Notes: generated from the sequence alone by a model not told the origin. Numbered from the stretch's first letter, positions 34,727-44,772 are shown. The stretch: DNA of 64,000 nucleotides from Gaiellales bacterium (GCA_038239825.1 JBBSEJ010000001.1:40232-104231); one strand, 5' to 3'. Translations and numbers: made by a program.

Positions 34727-35821
34727 TCAGACGTCGACGCCCGGTACCGGGGCCGGGAGCGAGCGGCCGGCTGCAAGGGCGCGGTAGAGGCGATCGACGG
34801 CGTCGGCGGTCGATTCCGCCGAGAAGTGATCGAGTGCACGCCGCCGGGCAGCCGCGCCGTACGCACGCACGAGTCCCGGATCTCGCACGAGCTTCACGAT
34901 CGCTCGCGCCAGCGCATCTGCATCCTCCGGGGGGACGACGATGCCCGTCTCCGCGTCGGCGACGATCTCGGGGAGGCCGCCGACATCACTGACGATCGCG
35001 GCACGCCCACGCTCTGCCGCCTCGAGCGCGACCATGCCGAAGCCCTCGCCCCGCGACGGCACGACAACCACCGCGGCACGTTCATACACCTCGCCCACCG
35101 GCGTGACACGGCCGAGAAACGTGACGCCCTTCGGGGCGGCCCGGCGCAGCTCAGCCTCGAGCGGGCCTGCACCCGCAAGCTCGAGGGTCAGGCTCGGCAC
35201 CTTGTCTCGCGCGAGCGCGAACGCGCGCAGGAGGACCTCGAAGCCCTTGATCGGGATCAGCCGGCCGACCGCCGCGAGCGAGGTGGCAGCCGGGGGGCCG
35301 GGTGGCACCGGGCCAGGCTCGATCCCGTAGTGGACGACGGTGAAGGTCCCGGCCGGGAATCGCTGCGTCTCGACGAGATAGCGGGCGAGGCCGTGCGAGA
35401 TCGCGATCTGCGCATGCGCGAAGCGACCTGCGGCGCGATCGGCGGCCGCGATGAGCGGCGTCGAGCGAAACTCGTTGAAACCGTGCTTGGTGCTGACGCG
35501 CACGGGAACGCGCGCCAGGGCCGCGGCGGGTAGCCCGAGGACGTCCGCATGCACGAGATGGGTGTGCACGATCTCTGCACGAGTTCGCAGCAGCCGCGCG
35601 CCGACGGTCGGGTCGAGGTCGAAGCGCATGCGCCAGGCTGTGGTCGGCACGTCACGCGCACGCATCTCCGCCACGAAGTCGCTTGCGCCGGGCTCACCCT
35701 CGTGCAGGACGATCATCCCAGCATCCCATCCTCGACGACGCAGACCGGGAAGAAGCGAGAGCAGGTGCGCCTCGGAGCCGGAGATGCCCGACACCTTCTG
35801 CAGATGCACGACGCGCGTCAT
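34727..35821 (-). CDS. GT4 family glycosyltransferase
   Basis: 364 aa. GISGSEAHLL N-terminus and SRGEGFGMVALEAAERGRAAIV. ATGA overlap with the upstream stop. Confidence 0.88.
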   Translation of the reverse strand: MTRVVHLQKVSGISGSEAHLLSLLPGLRRRGWDAGMIVLHEGEPGASDFVAEMRARDVPTTAWRMRFDLDPTVGARLLRTRAEIVHTHLVHADVLGLPAAALARVPVRVSTKHGFNEFRSTPLIAAADRAAGRFAHAQIAISHGLARYLVETQRFPAGTFTVVHYGIEPGPVPPGPPAATSLAAVGRLIPIKGFEVLLRAFALARDKVPSLTLELAGAGPLEAELRRAAPKGVTFLGRVTPVGEVYERAAVVVVPSRGEGFGMVALEAAERGRAAIVSDVGGLPEIVADAETGIVVPPEDADALARAIVKLVRDPGLVRAYGAAARRRALDHFSAESTADAVDRLYRALAAGRSLPAPVPGVDV

Positions 35822-36852
35822 CGAGCCGCCGCCACGACCGCTTCTGCCCAGTGCTCCACCGAATGACCCGCCTGCACGCGCTCGCGCAACGCCGCTCCGA
35901 GCCTCGCGCGGCCGCCAGGCCCGAGCTCGTACAGGCCGCGCAGGCGCACTGCGATCTCACCTGCATCGTCCTGTGCAAAACGCAGGGCCACCCCGAGACC
36001 GTCGACGAGAGGCGAGAAGCCGTCGCTCGCCACGAGCACCGGCAAGCCGGCGGCCGCAGCTTCGAAGACGACCTTGTCGAGTGCGCCGGCGCGCATGTTG
36101 CTGACGAGGAGGTCACTTCTCGCATAGAGCGCTGCGACCTCCCGAGCCGCGACCGCCCCTTCGAGGCGCACCCGCTGCGCGAGGTTCCCTCTAGTGATCT
36201 GCGCTGCGACAGCAGTCCGATGAGCGTGTTCCTCCGCCGTCAGCGACGGGCCACGGATCTCGAGCGAGACAGGAACGTCGTCGAGCAGCGAGGCCGCCGC
36301 CACGACCGCCTCGAGGCCCTTCGCCGGGGAGGTACGACCGAGCGCCAGCACACGAAGCACTCCGTCGGCCGGGCGAGGCGGCGGAACCTCCGCGGGCACG
36401 TCGATCCCGTGACCGATCGCGACGAGCTTCGACGACGGCAGCGGGAACGAGCGCGCGCTGACACTGAGCACACGCGTCGAGAGCCGTTCGGCGAGTGTCA
36501 GGGTGCGGGTCGCCCGCCAGTGTGTGAACCAGAGAAGGAGCGGGACGCGGGCGGGTCGAGTGGCGACCGCAGAGACGACCGCGTAGACCGGGGCCATGTG
36601 CGCGATCACCGCCACCGGGCGCGGTCGTAGCTCGGGAACCAGAGCCGCAAGGAGCCGGGCCGCTCGCAGGGCAGATGTCGGGGCGTCGAACAAGTGCACG
36701 CGGACGTTTCCCGGGAGCTCAGCAGGTCGCGCGCGCAGCGCTAGGACGACGAGCTCGTCGACGCGCCCTGCGAGCGCGCGGAGCTTGGCCACAGTGGCCC
36801 CGAGCGCAGGATCGTCCGGATCCACGCGCTGGGTGATGAAGATGAGCCTCAT
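35818..36852 (-). CDS. GT-B fold glycosyltransferase (GT4/GT1-like)
   Basis: Trimmed to Met203 (ATG at 36852, ATGA overlap). MRLIFITQRVDPDDP N-terminus. The C-terminal ...GALDKVVFEAAAAGLPVLV stands in place of the canonical E-x7-E. Confidence 0.78.
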   Translation of the reverse strand: MRLIFITQRVDPDDPALGATVAKLRALAGRVDELVVLALRARPAELPGNVRVHLFDAPTSALRAARLLAALVPELRPRPVAVIAHMAPVYAVVSAVATRPARVPLLLWFTHWRATRTLTLAERLSTRVLSVSARSFPLPSSKLVAIGHGIDVPAEVPPPRPADGVLRVLALGRTSPAKGLEAVVAAASLLDDVPVSLEIRGPSLTAEEHAHRTAVAAQITRGNLAQRVRLEGAVAAREVAALYARSDLLVSNMRAGALDKVVFEAAAAGLPVLVASDGFSPLVDGLGVALRFAQDDAGEIAVRLRGLYELGPGGRARLGAALRERVQAGHSVEHWAEAVVAAAR

Positions 36853-37958
36853 GACGCGGTACGAAGGATCTCTTCGAGCCGCCCGTACACGGCGTCCTGG
36901 TCGAACCGTGCGACCGACGGCCGGGCCGCGGCCCGAAGCCGCTCTCGCAAGCCGCGATCGGCCAGGAACGCGTTGACCGCCGCCGCGAAGGCTGCGGCGT
37001 CGCCGGGCGGCACGAGGAGCCCGTTGCGGCCGTCCTCGACAATCTCCGGCACGCCTCCCGTTCGGGTCGCGATCACCGGCGTGCCCATCGCGAGCGCTTC
37101 GACGAGACCGTGGGGGAAGTTCTCCCATGCCGACGTCAACACGACGACGTCGGCAGCCTGCATCAGCCCGAGCACCTGGCCCCGCGGGACCGCACCGGTG
37201 AAGCGGACGCGGCCGACGAGCCCGAGCTCGTGTGAGAGCGCCTCGAGGCGTGGGCGCTCGCCCCCCTCCCCGATCACGGTGAGCGTCGCGGCCGGGACGA
37301 GGGCGAGCGCCCGTAGGGCGATATCGAGGTCCTTCTGCGGTGTCAGACGGCCCGCAAAGACGAGCGCCGGGCGATCCTGGAGTCGAGCCAGGACCGCCTC
37401 CTCGGCGAGCGGTGCCGGGTTCGGCAACACCGTCACGCGCTCCGCCGGCACGCCCCACGAGACCGCGAGCTCGGCCATGAACGAGCTCGGACAGACGACG
37501 TGCGCGGCCCGTCGCACGACGGTGTTCCGAGCCTTTCGAAGCACCGCGACGCTCGCTGCCGTCGGTGCTGATTGAAAGTCGGTGACCTCGCCCCGAACGA
37601 AGCCTCGGCGCGAAGCGCGCTCGAACGCCGGATCAGAGGTCAGCTTGAGCACGAGCGGCGTCCGCGCGAGAGCCGTCGCGAGCGTCGAGCGGCCGATCAT
37701 GCCCGTCGCGTACACCACGTCCGCGTGCCGGGCTCGTGCCCAGAGGCCACGGACGGCTTCGACATGACGAGCCCCGACCGGCAATGAGCGCGAGACGAAT
37801 CGCACCGGGTAGGCCTCCGCCGCCGGGGCGGCGGCTGCGGTCACGAACGCCTCGACGTGATGGCCCCGCGCCCGCAGCCACGCTGCGACTTCGGGCGCGT
37901 GGCTCGCAGGGCCTCCGACATCGGGCGGCCAGATGCCACTGACGATCTCGATCCTCAC
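36849..37958 (-). CDS. GT4 family glycosyltransferase
   Basis: Trimmed to GTG at 37958 (GTGA overlap). IVSGIWPPDVGGPASH N-terminus and SAWENFPHGLVEALAMGTPVI. Confidence 0.88.
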   Translation of the reverse strand: MRIEIVSGIWPPDVGGPASHAPEVAAWLRARGHHVEAFVTAAAAPAAEAYPVRFVSRSLPVGARHVEAVRGLWARARHADVVYATGMIGRSTLATALARTPLVLKLTSDPAFERASRRGFVRGEVTDFQSAPTAASVAVLRKARNTVVRRAAHVVCPSSFMAELAVSWGVPAERVTVLPNPAPLAEEAVLARLQDRPALVFAGRLTPQKDLDIALRALALVPAATLTVIGEGGERPRLEALSHELGLVGRVRFTGAVPRGQVLGLMQAADVVVLTSAWENFPHGLVEALAMGTPVIATRTGGVPEIVEDGRNGLLVPPGDAAAFAAAVNAFLADRGLRERLRAAARPSVARFDQDAVYGRLEEILRTAS

Positions 37959-39241
37959 GCGGGAGCCGCTTCCACGGGTCGCGACCGGTTTGCCGTGAGC
38001 CGCCGCAGGAGCACGGCCCACACGGAGGCGAAGACGAGTGTGGAGACGAGGACCGCCGCGGCGGCACCGGTGACGCCCCACGCCTTCCCGAGGATCACGA
38101 CGAGCGGCAGCAGCGTCGCCGTCTCGATCCCGTGGGCGATAACCCGGAGGCCCGGCCGCCCGATCGACACGGGAAACGACTTCGTCCACCCGAGGATGAG
38201 CTGGATCGTCGCCGCGACGAGGACGATGCGCACAGCGTCCGTCGTCGGTTGATACGCGTGCCCGAGGAAGACCCTCACGAGCCACGGCATCGTGAGCTCG
38301 AGCGGGACGATCGCGACCGAAGTGAGCGCAGCGGCACCTGCCATGTAGCGCCAGATCTCGCGGAAAACCTTCTCGGTCTCTCCACGCTCCCACGAGCGAG
38401 TCTGCTCGGTCAGCAGGATCAGCCGCAACGGGGCCGAGAACGCTGCGAGCCCCTGCAGAGGAGCCTGCGCTCCTCGAAACAGACCGACGTCGCCAGGATG
38501 GCGCACGATGCCGAGGAGCAGGGGGGCGGCCCAGGTCCGGAGGGACACGAGACTCGTGCCCGCCGTGCTCTGCAGGACGAAGGAGATGAGCGGCCGGCGG
38601 TCGTCGCCGAGCGGCGATGGTACGACGCTCGGGAAGCGACGCAATGCCCTCACCCCGACGGTCGCGATGGAAGCCGTCGTCGCGACCTGCGCCACCACGA
38701 CTGCCACGACGGTCGCCGTGACCCCGTAGTGCGAGCCGACCACGACCGCGATCAGCCGTAGGCTCATCGAGAACGTCAGGAAGAGTGCGCGGATGTCGTA
38801 GCGGCGCCGGAGGACGAGCGCGGCAGCAGCGACCGATTCGACGGCCTGGAGCGGCGGCAACGCCGCGGCGAGCAGCATCGGCTCGAGCAGGTGCGCGTGG
38901 AAGATGGCCGGGCTGAGGAGACCGAACAGAGCAACGAGCAGTCCCGCCCCGAGCGACGCCCCGAGCTCGAAGCCGAACGTCAGGCGCACGAGCCGGTGGA
39001 ACCGTCCCCAGTCCGAGCGTTCGGCGTAGCGAAAGCCGAACTTGATCAGTGCCTCGTCGCTCGTCAGCTCGAGCAGGAGCTGGAAGAACGCGGCAGTGCC
39101 GACCGCGATCGAGAACCGACCGGCCCCCTCGGGACGGAGCACCCGCAGCACGACGATCGAGCCGACGATCCCGAGGATCGTCGAGGCGTAGAGGCCGCCC
39201 GCCGTCACCGAATGACGGATCCCACCAGGCCGCAGCCTCAC
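37955..39241 (-). CDS. wzx: Wzx-like oligosaccharide flippase (MOP superfamily, polysaccharide biosynthesis protein)
   Basis: 428 aa with ~12 TM helices. Polysacc_synt-type N-terminus. The GTG start overlaps the wzy-like stop. Confidence 0.78.
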   Translation of the reverse strand: MRLRPGGIRHSVTAGGLYASTILGIVGSIVVLRVLRPEGAGRFSIAVGTAAFFQLLLELTSDEALIKFGFRYAERSDWGRFHRLVRLTFGFELGASLGAGLLVALFGLLSPAIFHAHLLEPMLLAAALPPLQAVESVAAAALVLRRRYDIRALFLTFSMSLRLIAVVVGSHYGVTATVVAVVVAQVATTASIATVGVRALRRFPSVVPSPLGDDRRPLISFVLQSTAGTSLVSLRTWAAPLLLGIVRHPGDVGLFRGAQAPLQGLAAFSAPLRLILLTEQTRSWERGETEKVFREIWRYMAGAAALTSVAIVPLELTMPWLVRVFLGHAYQPTTDAVRIVLVAATIQLILGWTKSFPVSIGRPGLRVIAHGIETATLLPLVVILGKAWGVTGAAAAVLVSTLVFASVWAVLLRRLTANRSRPVEAAPA

Positions 39242-39265
39242 GAGCGCTGCCTCACGAGCGCTGCC
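39238..39265. repeat. Perfect 14-bp tandem duplication (tcacgagcgctgcc x2) spanning the wzy-like stop / wzx start
   Basis: Units at 39238-39251 and 39252-39265 are identical. Related partial units flank them (39266-39280 tcacgaagccgggcc; 39228-39237 ggccgcagcc). Confidence 0.95.
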
Positions 39266-40647
39266 TCACGAAGCCGGGCCGCCGGCAGGACGGGTACGGC
39301 CGCAAAGCCGAACGCGAGCCAGATCAGGGCGTCGAACGGATTGCCCCCGATGAACCACAGCCCGTTCCAGACGCCGAGCGCGACGCACAGCCAGAGCAGG
39401 CCGAGGAGTGCGTGCGGTTGCAAGATCCCCCGTGTGATCGCTCGCACAGCCGTCACGAGCCCCGAGGCGATCAGAGCTGCGAACAGCGTCGCACCGACGA
39501 GCCCGAGCTCCGCGAGCACCTCGACGTACGCGCTCTGGATGCCCCACGGGTGCGCGGGCGACGGAAACGCGAGCGACGGCTGCGACGGGAAGCGACGGCG
39601 CGCCGCGTGGAGGACCGGGCCGTACGTCTCCTCGTCATAGCCGGCCTGCCAGCCTGCTCCCAGCACCGGATGGCGGAGGAAGATCTCGAGGCCGACGTAG
39701 TCGAGCACGAAGCGCTGCGAGTAGCTCTGGACGTGGCCGGCCTTCTCCTCGTGACCGAGCCCCGCGAACCGCACGAAGCTACCGAGCGCCGCGGTCCGCA
39801 TGAGGAGGCTCCCCGCGAGGACGACTGCCGTCATCAGCCCGATCGCACCCGCACGCCGGAGGTCGAGCAGCGAGAGCCGTTGTGTGGCGACCACCGCGAT
39901 CGCCGCCGCAAGCACTGCTCCGAGCACGCTCGCGAGCGCGCCGGAGACAACCATCCCGAGCGTCCCGGCGACTCCGGCAACCCACGCGACGATGCGGTCG
40001 GCGCGGCTGCGCGGCCCGACAGCGACGATTGCCAGGGCGACCGCGAACGCGGCAGCCGAGAGCATGCCCAGGTCGTCGATGCCGACGAAGGACGGCTGCC
40101 GTTCGCCGGCGGGACGCGCGCTGAAGATGCCGGCGCCGAAGAACTGCAGCAGGGCGGAAGCGGTCGCGACGGCGCTCACCGTGACGAGCGATACGACGAC
40201 GAGGAGCACGTCTCGCGATCGGCGGAGCACGAGTGGCACCGCGGGAGCGATGAGGGCGTACTCGCCGTACTTGACCGCGGTCACGAGGTGCGCACGCCAC
40301 GGATAGAGGTCGTCGGTCAGAAGCGGGTAGAAGCTCGCTGCGAGGATGAAGAGCAGGAACGCCACGGCGGCGACCCAGACCGGCCGGCCGCGGCGCAGGG
40401 CGGACACGCCGTGGCGACGCGCCGAGACGGCCGCTGCACCGGCGATCGCGAGCACCGCCAGATCGGAGAGCCGGAACTGCAGCTCGGTCGATCCGACGCG
40501 CGTCTGCACCGTCGGCTGAAAGCGTGCATGCACGAAGAGAACCGGAAGCGCAAGCATGAACACGGCCACCGGAACCGAAAGCTCCAGGCGCTGCATCAGC
40601 CGAGGGTGTGTGGTGGACGGTGGCTCGATTTCGGCTTCGATCTGCAC
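39238..40647 (-). CDS. O-antigen ligase/polymerase family membrane protein (Wzy-like)
   Basis: 469 aa with ~11 TM helices. A large loop carries ...LRHPVLGAGWQAGYDE...PAHPWGIQSAYVEVLAELGLVG, typical of the Wzy_C/O-antigen ligase domain. The start is uncertain (GTG 40647 or ATG 40596). Confidence 0.75.
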   Translation of the reverse strand: MQIEAEIEPPSTTHPRLMQRLELSVPVAVFMLALPVLFVHARFQPTVQTRVGSTELQFRLSDLAVLAIAGAAAVSARRHGVSALRRGRPVWVAAVAFLLFILAASFYPLLTDDLYPWRAHLVTAVKYGEYALIAPAVPLVLRRSRDVLLVVVSLVTVSAVATASALLQFFGAGIFSARPAGERQPSFVGIDDLGMLSAAAFAVALAIVAVGPRSRADRIVAWVAGVAGTLGMVVSGALASVLGAVLAAAIAVVATQRLSLLDLRRAGAIGLMTAVVLAGSLLMRTAALGSFVRFAGLGHEEKAGHVQSYSQRFVLDYVGLEIFLRHPVLGAGWQAGYDEETYGPVLHAARRRFPSQPSLAFPSPAHPWGIQSAYVEVLAELGLVGATLFAALIASGLVTAVRAITRGILQPHALLGLLWLCVALGVWNGLWFIGGNPFDALIWLAFGFAAVPVLPAARLREAALVRQRS

Positions 40648-40685
40648 CGTCTCGGGACGGTACCAGCGCCCTCGCGGGGACCCGG

Positions 40686-41873
40686 TCAGCGGGCGGGGCG
40701 CCGCGAGACGCGCTCGACGAGCTCACGTGTTCGCCCCGCGTACTCCGCGGGCGTGAGGAGCCACTCCTCGACGCTCGAACGCGCGACGCGCGTCAGCCGC
40801 TCCACGAGCACGCTGTCCGAGAGCACGCGCACGAGACCGTCCGCAAGCGCAACGACGTCTCCCGGTTCCACCAGCACGCCGTTCACGCCATCGGCTAGGA
40901 GGTCGGCGATGCCGCCGACACGTGAGCCGATCACCGGACGCCCCCGGCACAGCGACTCGATGATTACCCGGCCGAGACCCTCTGACCGGGAAGGGAGGAC
41001 GAGGATGGTCGCGTCGTCGAGCGCGCGCGAGACCGCCGGCGCGTCGAGACGCCGATGCCAGATCGTCTGCTCCGGGAGCTCTGCGACGAGCGCCTCGACG
41101 ACATCGGCGCGAGAGCCGGAGCCGACGATCACGAGGCGCGCGTCCGGGACGCGCGGTGCGGCACGCCGCCAGGCATCGGCCAGGCCGTCGATGTTCTTGT
41201 AGGTCTCGAGCACACCGATGAAGAGCGCCACCGGCCGCTCGGGAAGCGGCGTGGGTGGCCGATCGAGAAACGGCAGAAGATCCATGTACGCGGGGAACGA
41301 GCCGCTGGGCGTGACTCCCTCGGCCTCGACGAGCGCCGTCGTGTAGGGGGAGACGGTGCGGACGGCGTCGGCGTGGCGCACGCCGTACCGCGACACCGCA
41401 TCGCCGAGCGGCGAGACGAACCGGCGCCGGGTCGATCCGTACATGCGCGTGGCGGTACGCCAATCGCCGTGAACTTCGACGATCACCGGGGTCTTCGTGC
41501 GCAGCGGCATTCGCGCGAGGAGCACAGCCGCCGCCTCGTAAGGGCTCTGCGCGATCACGGCATCGGGGTCGAATCGCCGCACCTGACGAGCGACACGGAA
41601 GGGCAGCCGGAGGTAGAACGCGATGCCGTCGAGCGCGCGGGGCCGGAACGGAGGGATGAGCTCAAACCAGTCCGGCGCCCCCGCCCAGGTCGGCGCGGCA
41701 CTCGCGAGGACGCGAAGGTCGAGCGTGCGCCGAAGCGCGTCGAACTTCGGGCTCAAGCTCGGGCTCAACGGAAACCGGTACCGCGTCCGGCCGACGAGCA
41801 GCACGCGCGGTCGGAAGATGTCGCCGGCCGCGATGCCCTCCCGAAGGGGTGAGGCGGGCAGGTCCGGGCTCAT
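40686..41873 (-). CDS. GT4 family glycosyltransferase
   Basis: Trimmed to Met160 (MSPDLPAS). KNIDGL and SRSEGLGRVIIESLCRGRPVI. Confidence 0.85.
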   Translation of the reverse strand: MSPDLPASPLREGIAAGDIFRPRVLLVGRTRYRFPLSPSLSPKFDALRRTLDLRVLASAAPTWAGAPDWFELIPPFRPRALDGIAFYLRLPFRVARQVRRFDPDAVIAQSPYEAAAVLLARMPLRTKTPVIVEVHGDWRTATRMYGSTRRRFVSPLGDAVSRYGVRHADAVRTVSPYTTALVEAEGVTPSGSFPAYMDLLPFLDRPPTPLPERPVALFIGVLETYKNIDGLADAWRRAAPRVPDARLVIVGSGSRADVVEALVAELPEQTIWHRRLDAPAVSRALDDATILVLPSRSEGLGRVIIESLCRGRPVIGSRVGGIADLLADGVNGVLVEPGDVVALADGLVRVLSDSVLVERLTRVARSSVEEWLLTPAEYAGRTRELVERVSRRPAR

Positions 41874-41949
41874 GCGGTGGCCAGTATAGGCCGGTCTCAG
41901 CGAGCGAGCGCCGACCTGCACGGGACGCGCACGAACGCGCTGTAGGGTT

Positions 41950-42663
41950 GTGCGCGTGTCGGAGTTGGACCGGACATGGCCCGGCCGCGGCCACCGACAG
42001 CCGTCGCGCGGCGACCCGGGCTGGGCTGTGCGCGAGCCGCTCGCCGCTTGGCTCCGGGCAGAGGGCCGTTCGGCCACCGGATCGCGTGTGCTCGATGTCG
42101 GCTGCGGTGAGAAGCCGTACTTCCCGTTCTTCGCGAGCGCGAGTGAGTACGTGGGTGTCGACGTCGTCGCAAGCCCGGCCGCCGACATCGTCGGGGCCGT
42201 GGAATCGCTGCCGATCGCCGACGAGAGCTTCGACGTCGTCCTCTGCACGCAGGTGCTCGAGCACGTCGACGATCCCGCGGCGGCAGTGCGCGAGTTGCAT
42301 CGCGTGACGCGGCCCGGTGGCCGTGTGCTCGCATCGACCCACGGGGTCATGGTCTTTCACCCGAACCCGAACGACTACTGGCGTTGGACGCATACCGGGC
42401 TTCGCCGGTTGTTCGAGCGCAACGGCGACTGGCGCTCGATCGACGTGACACCCGGCGCAGGGTCGGCAGCGGGACTCGCGATGCTGATCGCGCGATTCGT
42501 CCACCTCCTCGCCAAGCGGGCGCACGTGACGCCTGCTGCGCGACCACTCGTGGCGGCCCTCAACACGGGCGCCACCCGGCTCGATGCCCGCGTCGCGAGC
42601 CTGCGCGAGCCCGTCCCTGGAGCGCTCTTCGCGAACTACCACGTCACGGCTCTCAGGCTATGA
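41950..42663 (+). CDS. Class I SAM-dependent methyltransferase (Methyltransf_11-like)
   Basis: 237 aa with GTG start. VLDVGCGEKPY (motif I), FDVVLCTQVLEHVDDP, RPGGRVL. Confidence 0.8.
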   Translation: MRVSELDRTWPGRGHRQPSRGDPGWAVREPLAAWLRAEGRSATGSRVLDVGCGEKPYFPFFASASEYVGVDVVASPAADIVGAVESLPIADESFDVVLCTQVLEHVDDPAAAVRELHRVTRPGGRVLASTHGVMVFHPNPNDYWRWTHTGLRRLFERNGDWRSIDVTPGAGSAAGLAMLIARFVHLLAKRAHVTPAARPLVAALNTGATRLDARVASLREPVPGALFANYHVTALRL

Positions 42664-43583
42664 CGAGGGTGCTCGTCACCGGTGGCGGCGGGTTCATCGG
42701 CTCGAACCTCGTGCGCGCGCTCCTCGAGCGAGGAGACGATGTTCGCGTTCTCGACAACTTCTCGACCGGGAGTCGCGCGAACCTCGCGGATCTCGACGTG
42801 GAGGTGGTCGAGGGCGAGCTTCGCTCCTACGAGCGCGTGCACAACGCCGTGCGCGGAGTCGAGATCGTTTTCCATCTCGGTGCCCTCGGATCGGTGCCTC
42901 GCTCGGTGCAGGATCCGCTCACCTCGAATGCCGTCAACGTGGATGGCACGCTGAACGTGCTGCTCGCGGCGCGCGACGAGGGTGTGCGCCGTGTCGTCTT
43001 CTCGTCGAGCTCGTCCGTCTACGGGACGCGGCGCGAGCTCCCGGTGACCGAGGATCAGTCACCGGACCCACTCTCGCCCTACGGCGTCGCGAAACTCGCG
43101 GCCGAGCGTTACTGCGTCTCGTTCTCGCGGGTGTACGAGAGCTTCGAGAGCGTCGTCGTCCGTTACTTCAACGTGTTCGGGCCGCGGCAGAGCCCCGTGT
43201 CCCAGTACGCCGCTGTGATCCCGCTCTTCATCACCGCAATCGCTGCCGGCGCGCCCATCCGCATCGACGGGGACGGCGAGCAGTCGCGCGACTTCACCTA
43301 CGTGTCGAACGTCGTCGACGGGACGATCCTCGCGGGTGAAGTGCCGGGCGTGAGCGGGCAGATCTTCAACGTCGCTGCGAGCGCCCCGGCAAGCGTGAAC
43401 CACGTCGCAGAGACGATCGGCCGGATTCTCGGGCAACCGGTCGAGAAGCAGTTTGCGCCGACGCGCGCGGGCGACATCCGTGATTCCTGGGCACACATCG
43501 GCCGCGCGCGCGAGGCGCTCTCCTGGGAGCCTTCGGTCGGGCTCGAGGACGGCTTGCAACGCACCGTCCGGGCGCTTGTCTGA
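42660..43583 (+). CDS. Extended-SDR NAD-dependent sugar-nucleotide 4-epimerase (WbpP/TviC/Gne-like)
   Basis: Trimmed to ATG at 42660 (ATGA overlap). [44 protein letters not shown]. Confidence 0.88.
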   Translation: MTRVLVTGGGGFIGSNLVRALLERGDDVRVLDNFSTGSRANLADLDVEVVEGELRSYERVHNAVRGVEIVFHLGALGSVPRSVQDPLTSNAVNVDGTLNVLLAARDEGVRRVVFSSSSSVYGTRRELPVTEDQSPDPLSPYGVAKLAAERYCVSFSRVYESFESVVVRYFNVFGPRQSPVSQYAAVIPLFITAIAAGAPIRIDGDGEQSRDFTYVSNVVDGTILAGEVPGVSGQIFNVAASAPASVNHVAETIGRILGQPVEKQFAPTRAGDIRDSWAHIGRAREALSWEPSVGLEDGLQRTVRALV

Positions 43584-43587
43584 GCGC

Positions 43588-44772
43588 GTGCGCATCCTGC
43601 GCGTGATCGCGCGGCTCAACATGGGCGGCCCCGCGCTGCACGTCTCCTACCTGACGAAGGGGCTCGCTCCGCGCGGGTATGACACCGCGCTCGTCGCCGG
43701 ACGCCTCGCGCGCGGAGAGGATTCGATGGCGTACGTCGCCGAGAGCCTCGGCGTCGACGTGGTCGCACTCGGCACCCTCCATCGCGACCTTTCGCCCCTC
43801 CACGACCCACTCGCGGTGAAGCGGCTGGTACAGGAGATCCGCCGCGTCCGTCCTCACATCCTGCACACGCACACGGCGAAGGCGGGAGCCGTCGGCCGGA
43901 CCGCGGCGCTGCTCGCGGGGGATGCCCGGCCGCCGATCGTCGTGCACACGTTCCATGGGCACGTCCTCCAGGGCTACTTCGACCCGCTGCGGACGCGACT
44001 CTTTCGGGAGACCGAGCGTGCGCTCGCACGGCACACCACACGCCTCGTCGCCGTCGGGCCGCAGGTTCGCGACGATCTGGTCGCCCTCGGAGTCGCTCCG
44101 GCCGAGAAGTTCACCGTGATCCGTCTGGGCATCGATCTCGCCACGCGCGTGCAGGTGCAGGACGGCCGCGCGGAGTACCGCGGTCTCTTCGGGATCCCGG
44201 ACGACCGCTTCGTCGTCGGCTGGATCGGACGGATGACGGCCATCAAGCGCGTGCCGGACATCCTCGCCTCGTTCAAGCTGCTGCTCGACCGCGGCATCGA
44301 GGCGACGCTCTGCCTCGTCGGCGACGGGCCGGATCGCGAGGCAGCCGAGCACCAGGCACGAGACCTCGGGATCGCGCGCAACATCATCTCCCTCGGCTAC
44401 CAGCGGGACGTCTCGCCCTACTACGCGCTCTTCGACGCGTTCGTCCTGCCCTCGGCGAACGAGGGCACGCCGGTCGTCGCGATCGAGGCGCTGGCAGCTG
44501 AACGACCCGTCGTCGCGACCCGGGTCGGCGGCGTCCCGGATGTCGTGACCGAGGGCGAAAGCGGGTATCTCGTCGACGTCGGTGACGTCGACGCGATCGC
44601 TCGCGCACTGGCGCGCCTCGCGCGCGACCCTGCGCTCCGCCAGGCCCTCGGCGCCCGCGGTCGGGAGATCGTCGTTCCGCGCTATCGGGTGGAGCGCCTC
44701 GTCGACGACGTCGACGAGCTCTACCGGGCGCTGCTCACGGAACGGGGCTTGCCGTCGCCGCAACCTTCCTGA
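43588..44772 (+). CDS. GT4 family glycosyltransferase
   Basis: Trimmed to GTG at 43588. RLNMGGPALHV N-terminus, HTHTAKAG, SANEGTPVVAIEALAAERPVV. Confidence 0.88.
   Translation: MRILRVIARLNMGGPALHVSYLTKGLAPRGYDTALVAGRLARGEDSMAYVAESLGVDVVALGTLHRDLSPLHDPLAVKRLVQEIRRVRPHILHTHTAKAGAVGRTAALLAGDARPPIVVHTFHGHVLQGYFDPLRTRLFRETERALARHTTRLVAVGPQVRDDLVALGVAPAEKFTVIRLGIDLATRVQVQDGRAEYRGLFGIPDDRFVVGWIGRMTAIKRVPDILASFKLLLDRGIEATLCLVGDGPDREAAEHQARDLGIARNIISLGYQRDVSPYYALFDAFVLPSANEGTPVVAIEALAAERPVVATRVGGVPDVVTEGESGYLVDVGDVDAIARALARLARDPALRQALGARGREIVVPRYRVERLVDDVDELYRALLTERGLPSPQPS

Noticed and set aside
39049-41202. 717-aa plus-strand ORF antisense to the wzx, wzy-like and GT4 genes
   Set aside because: The composition is extremely R/D/E/P/G-rich with no motifs. 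The opposite strand encodes convincing membrane proteins and a GT4.
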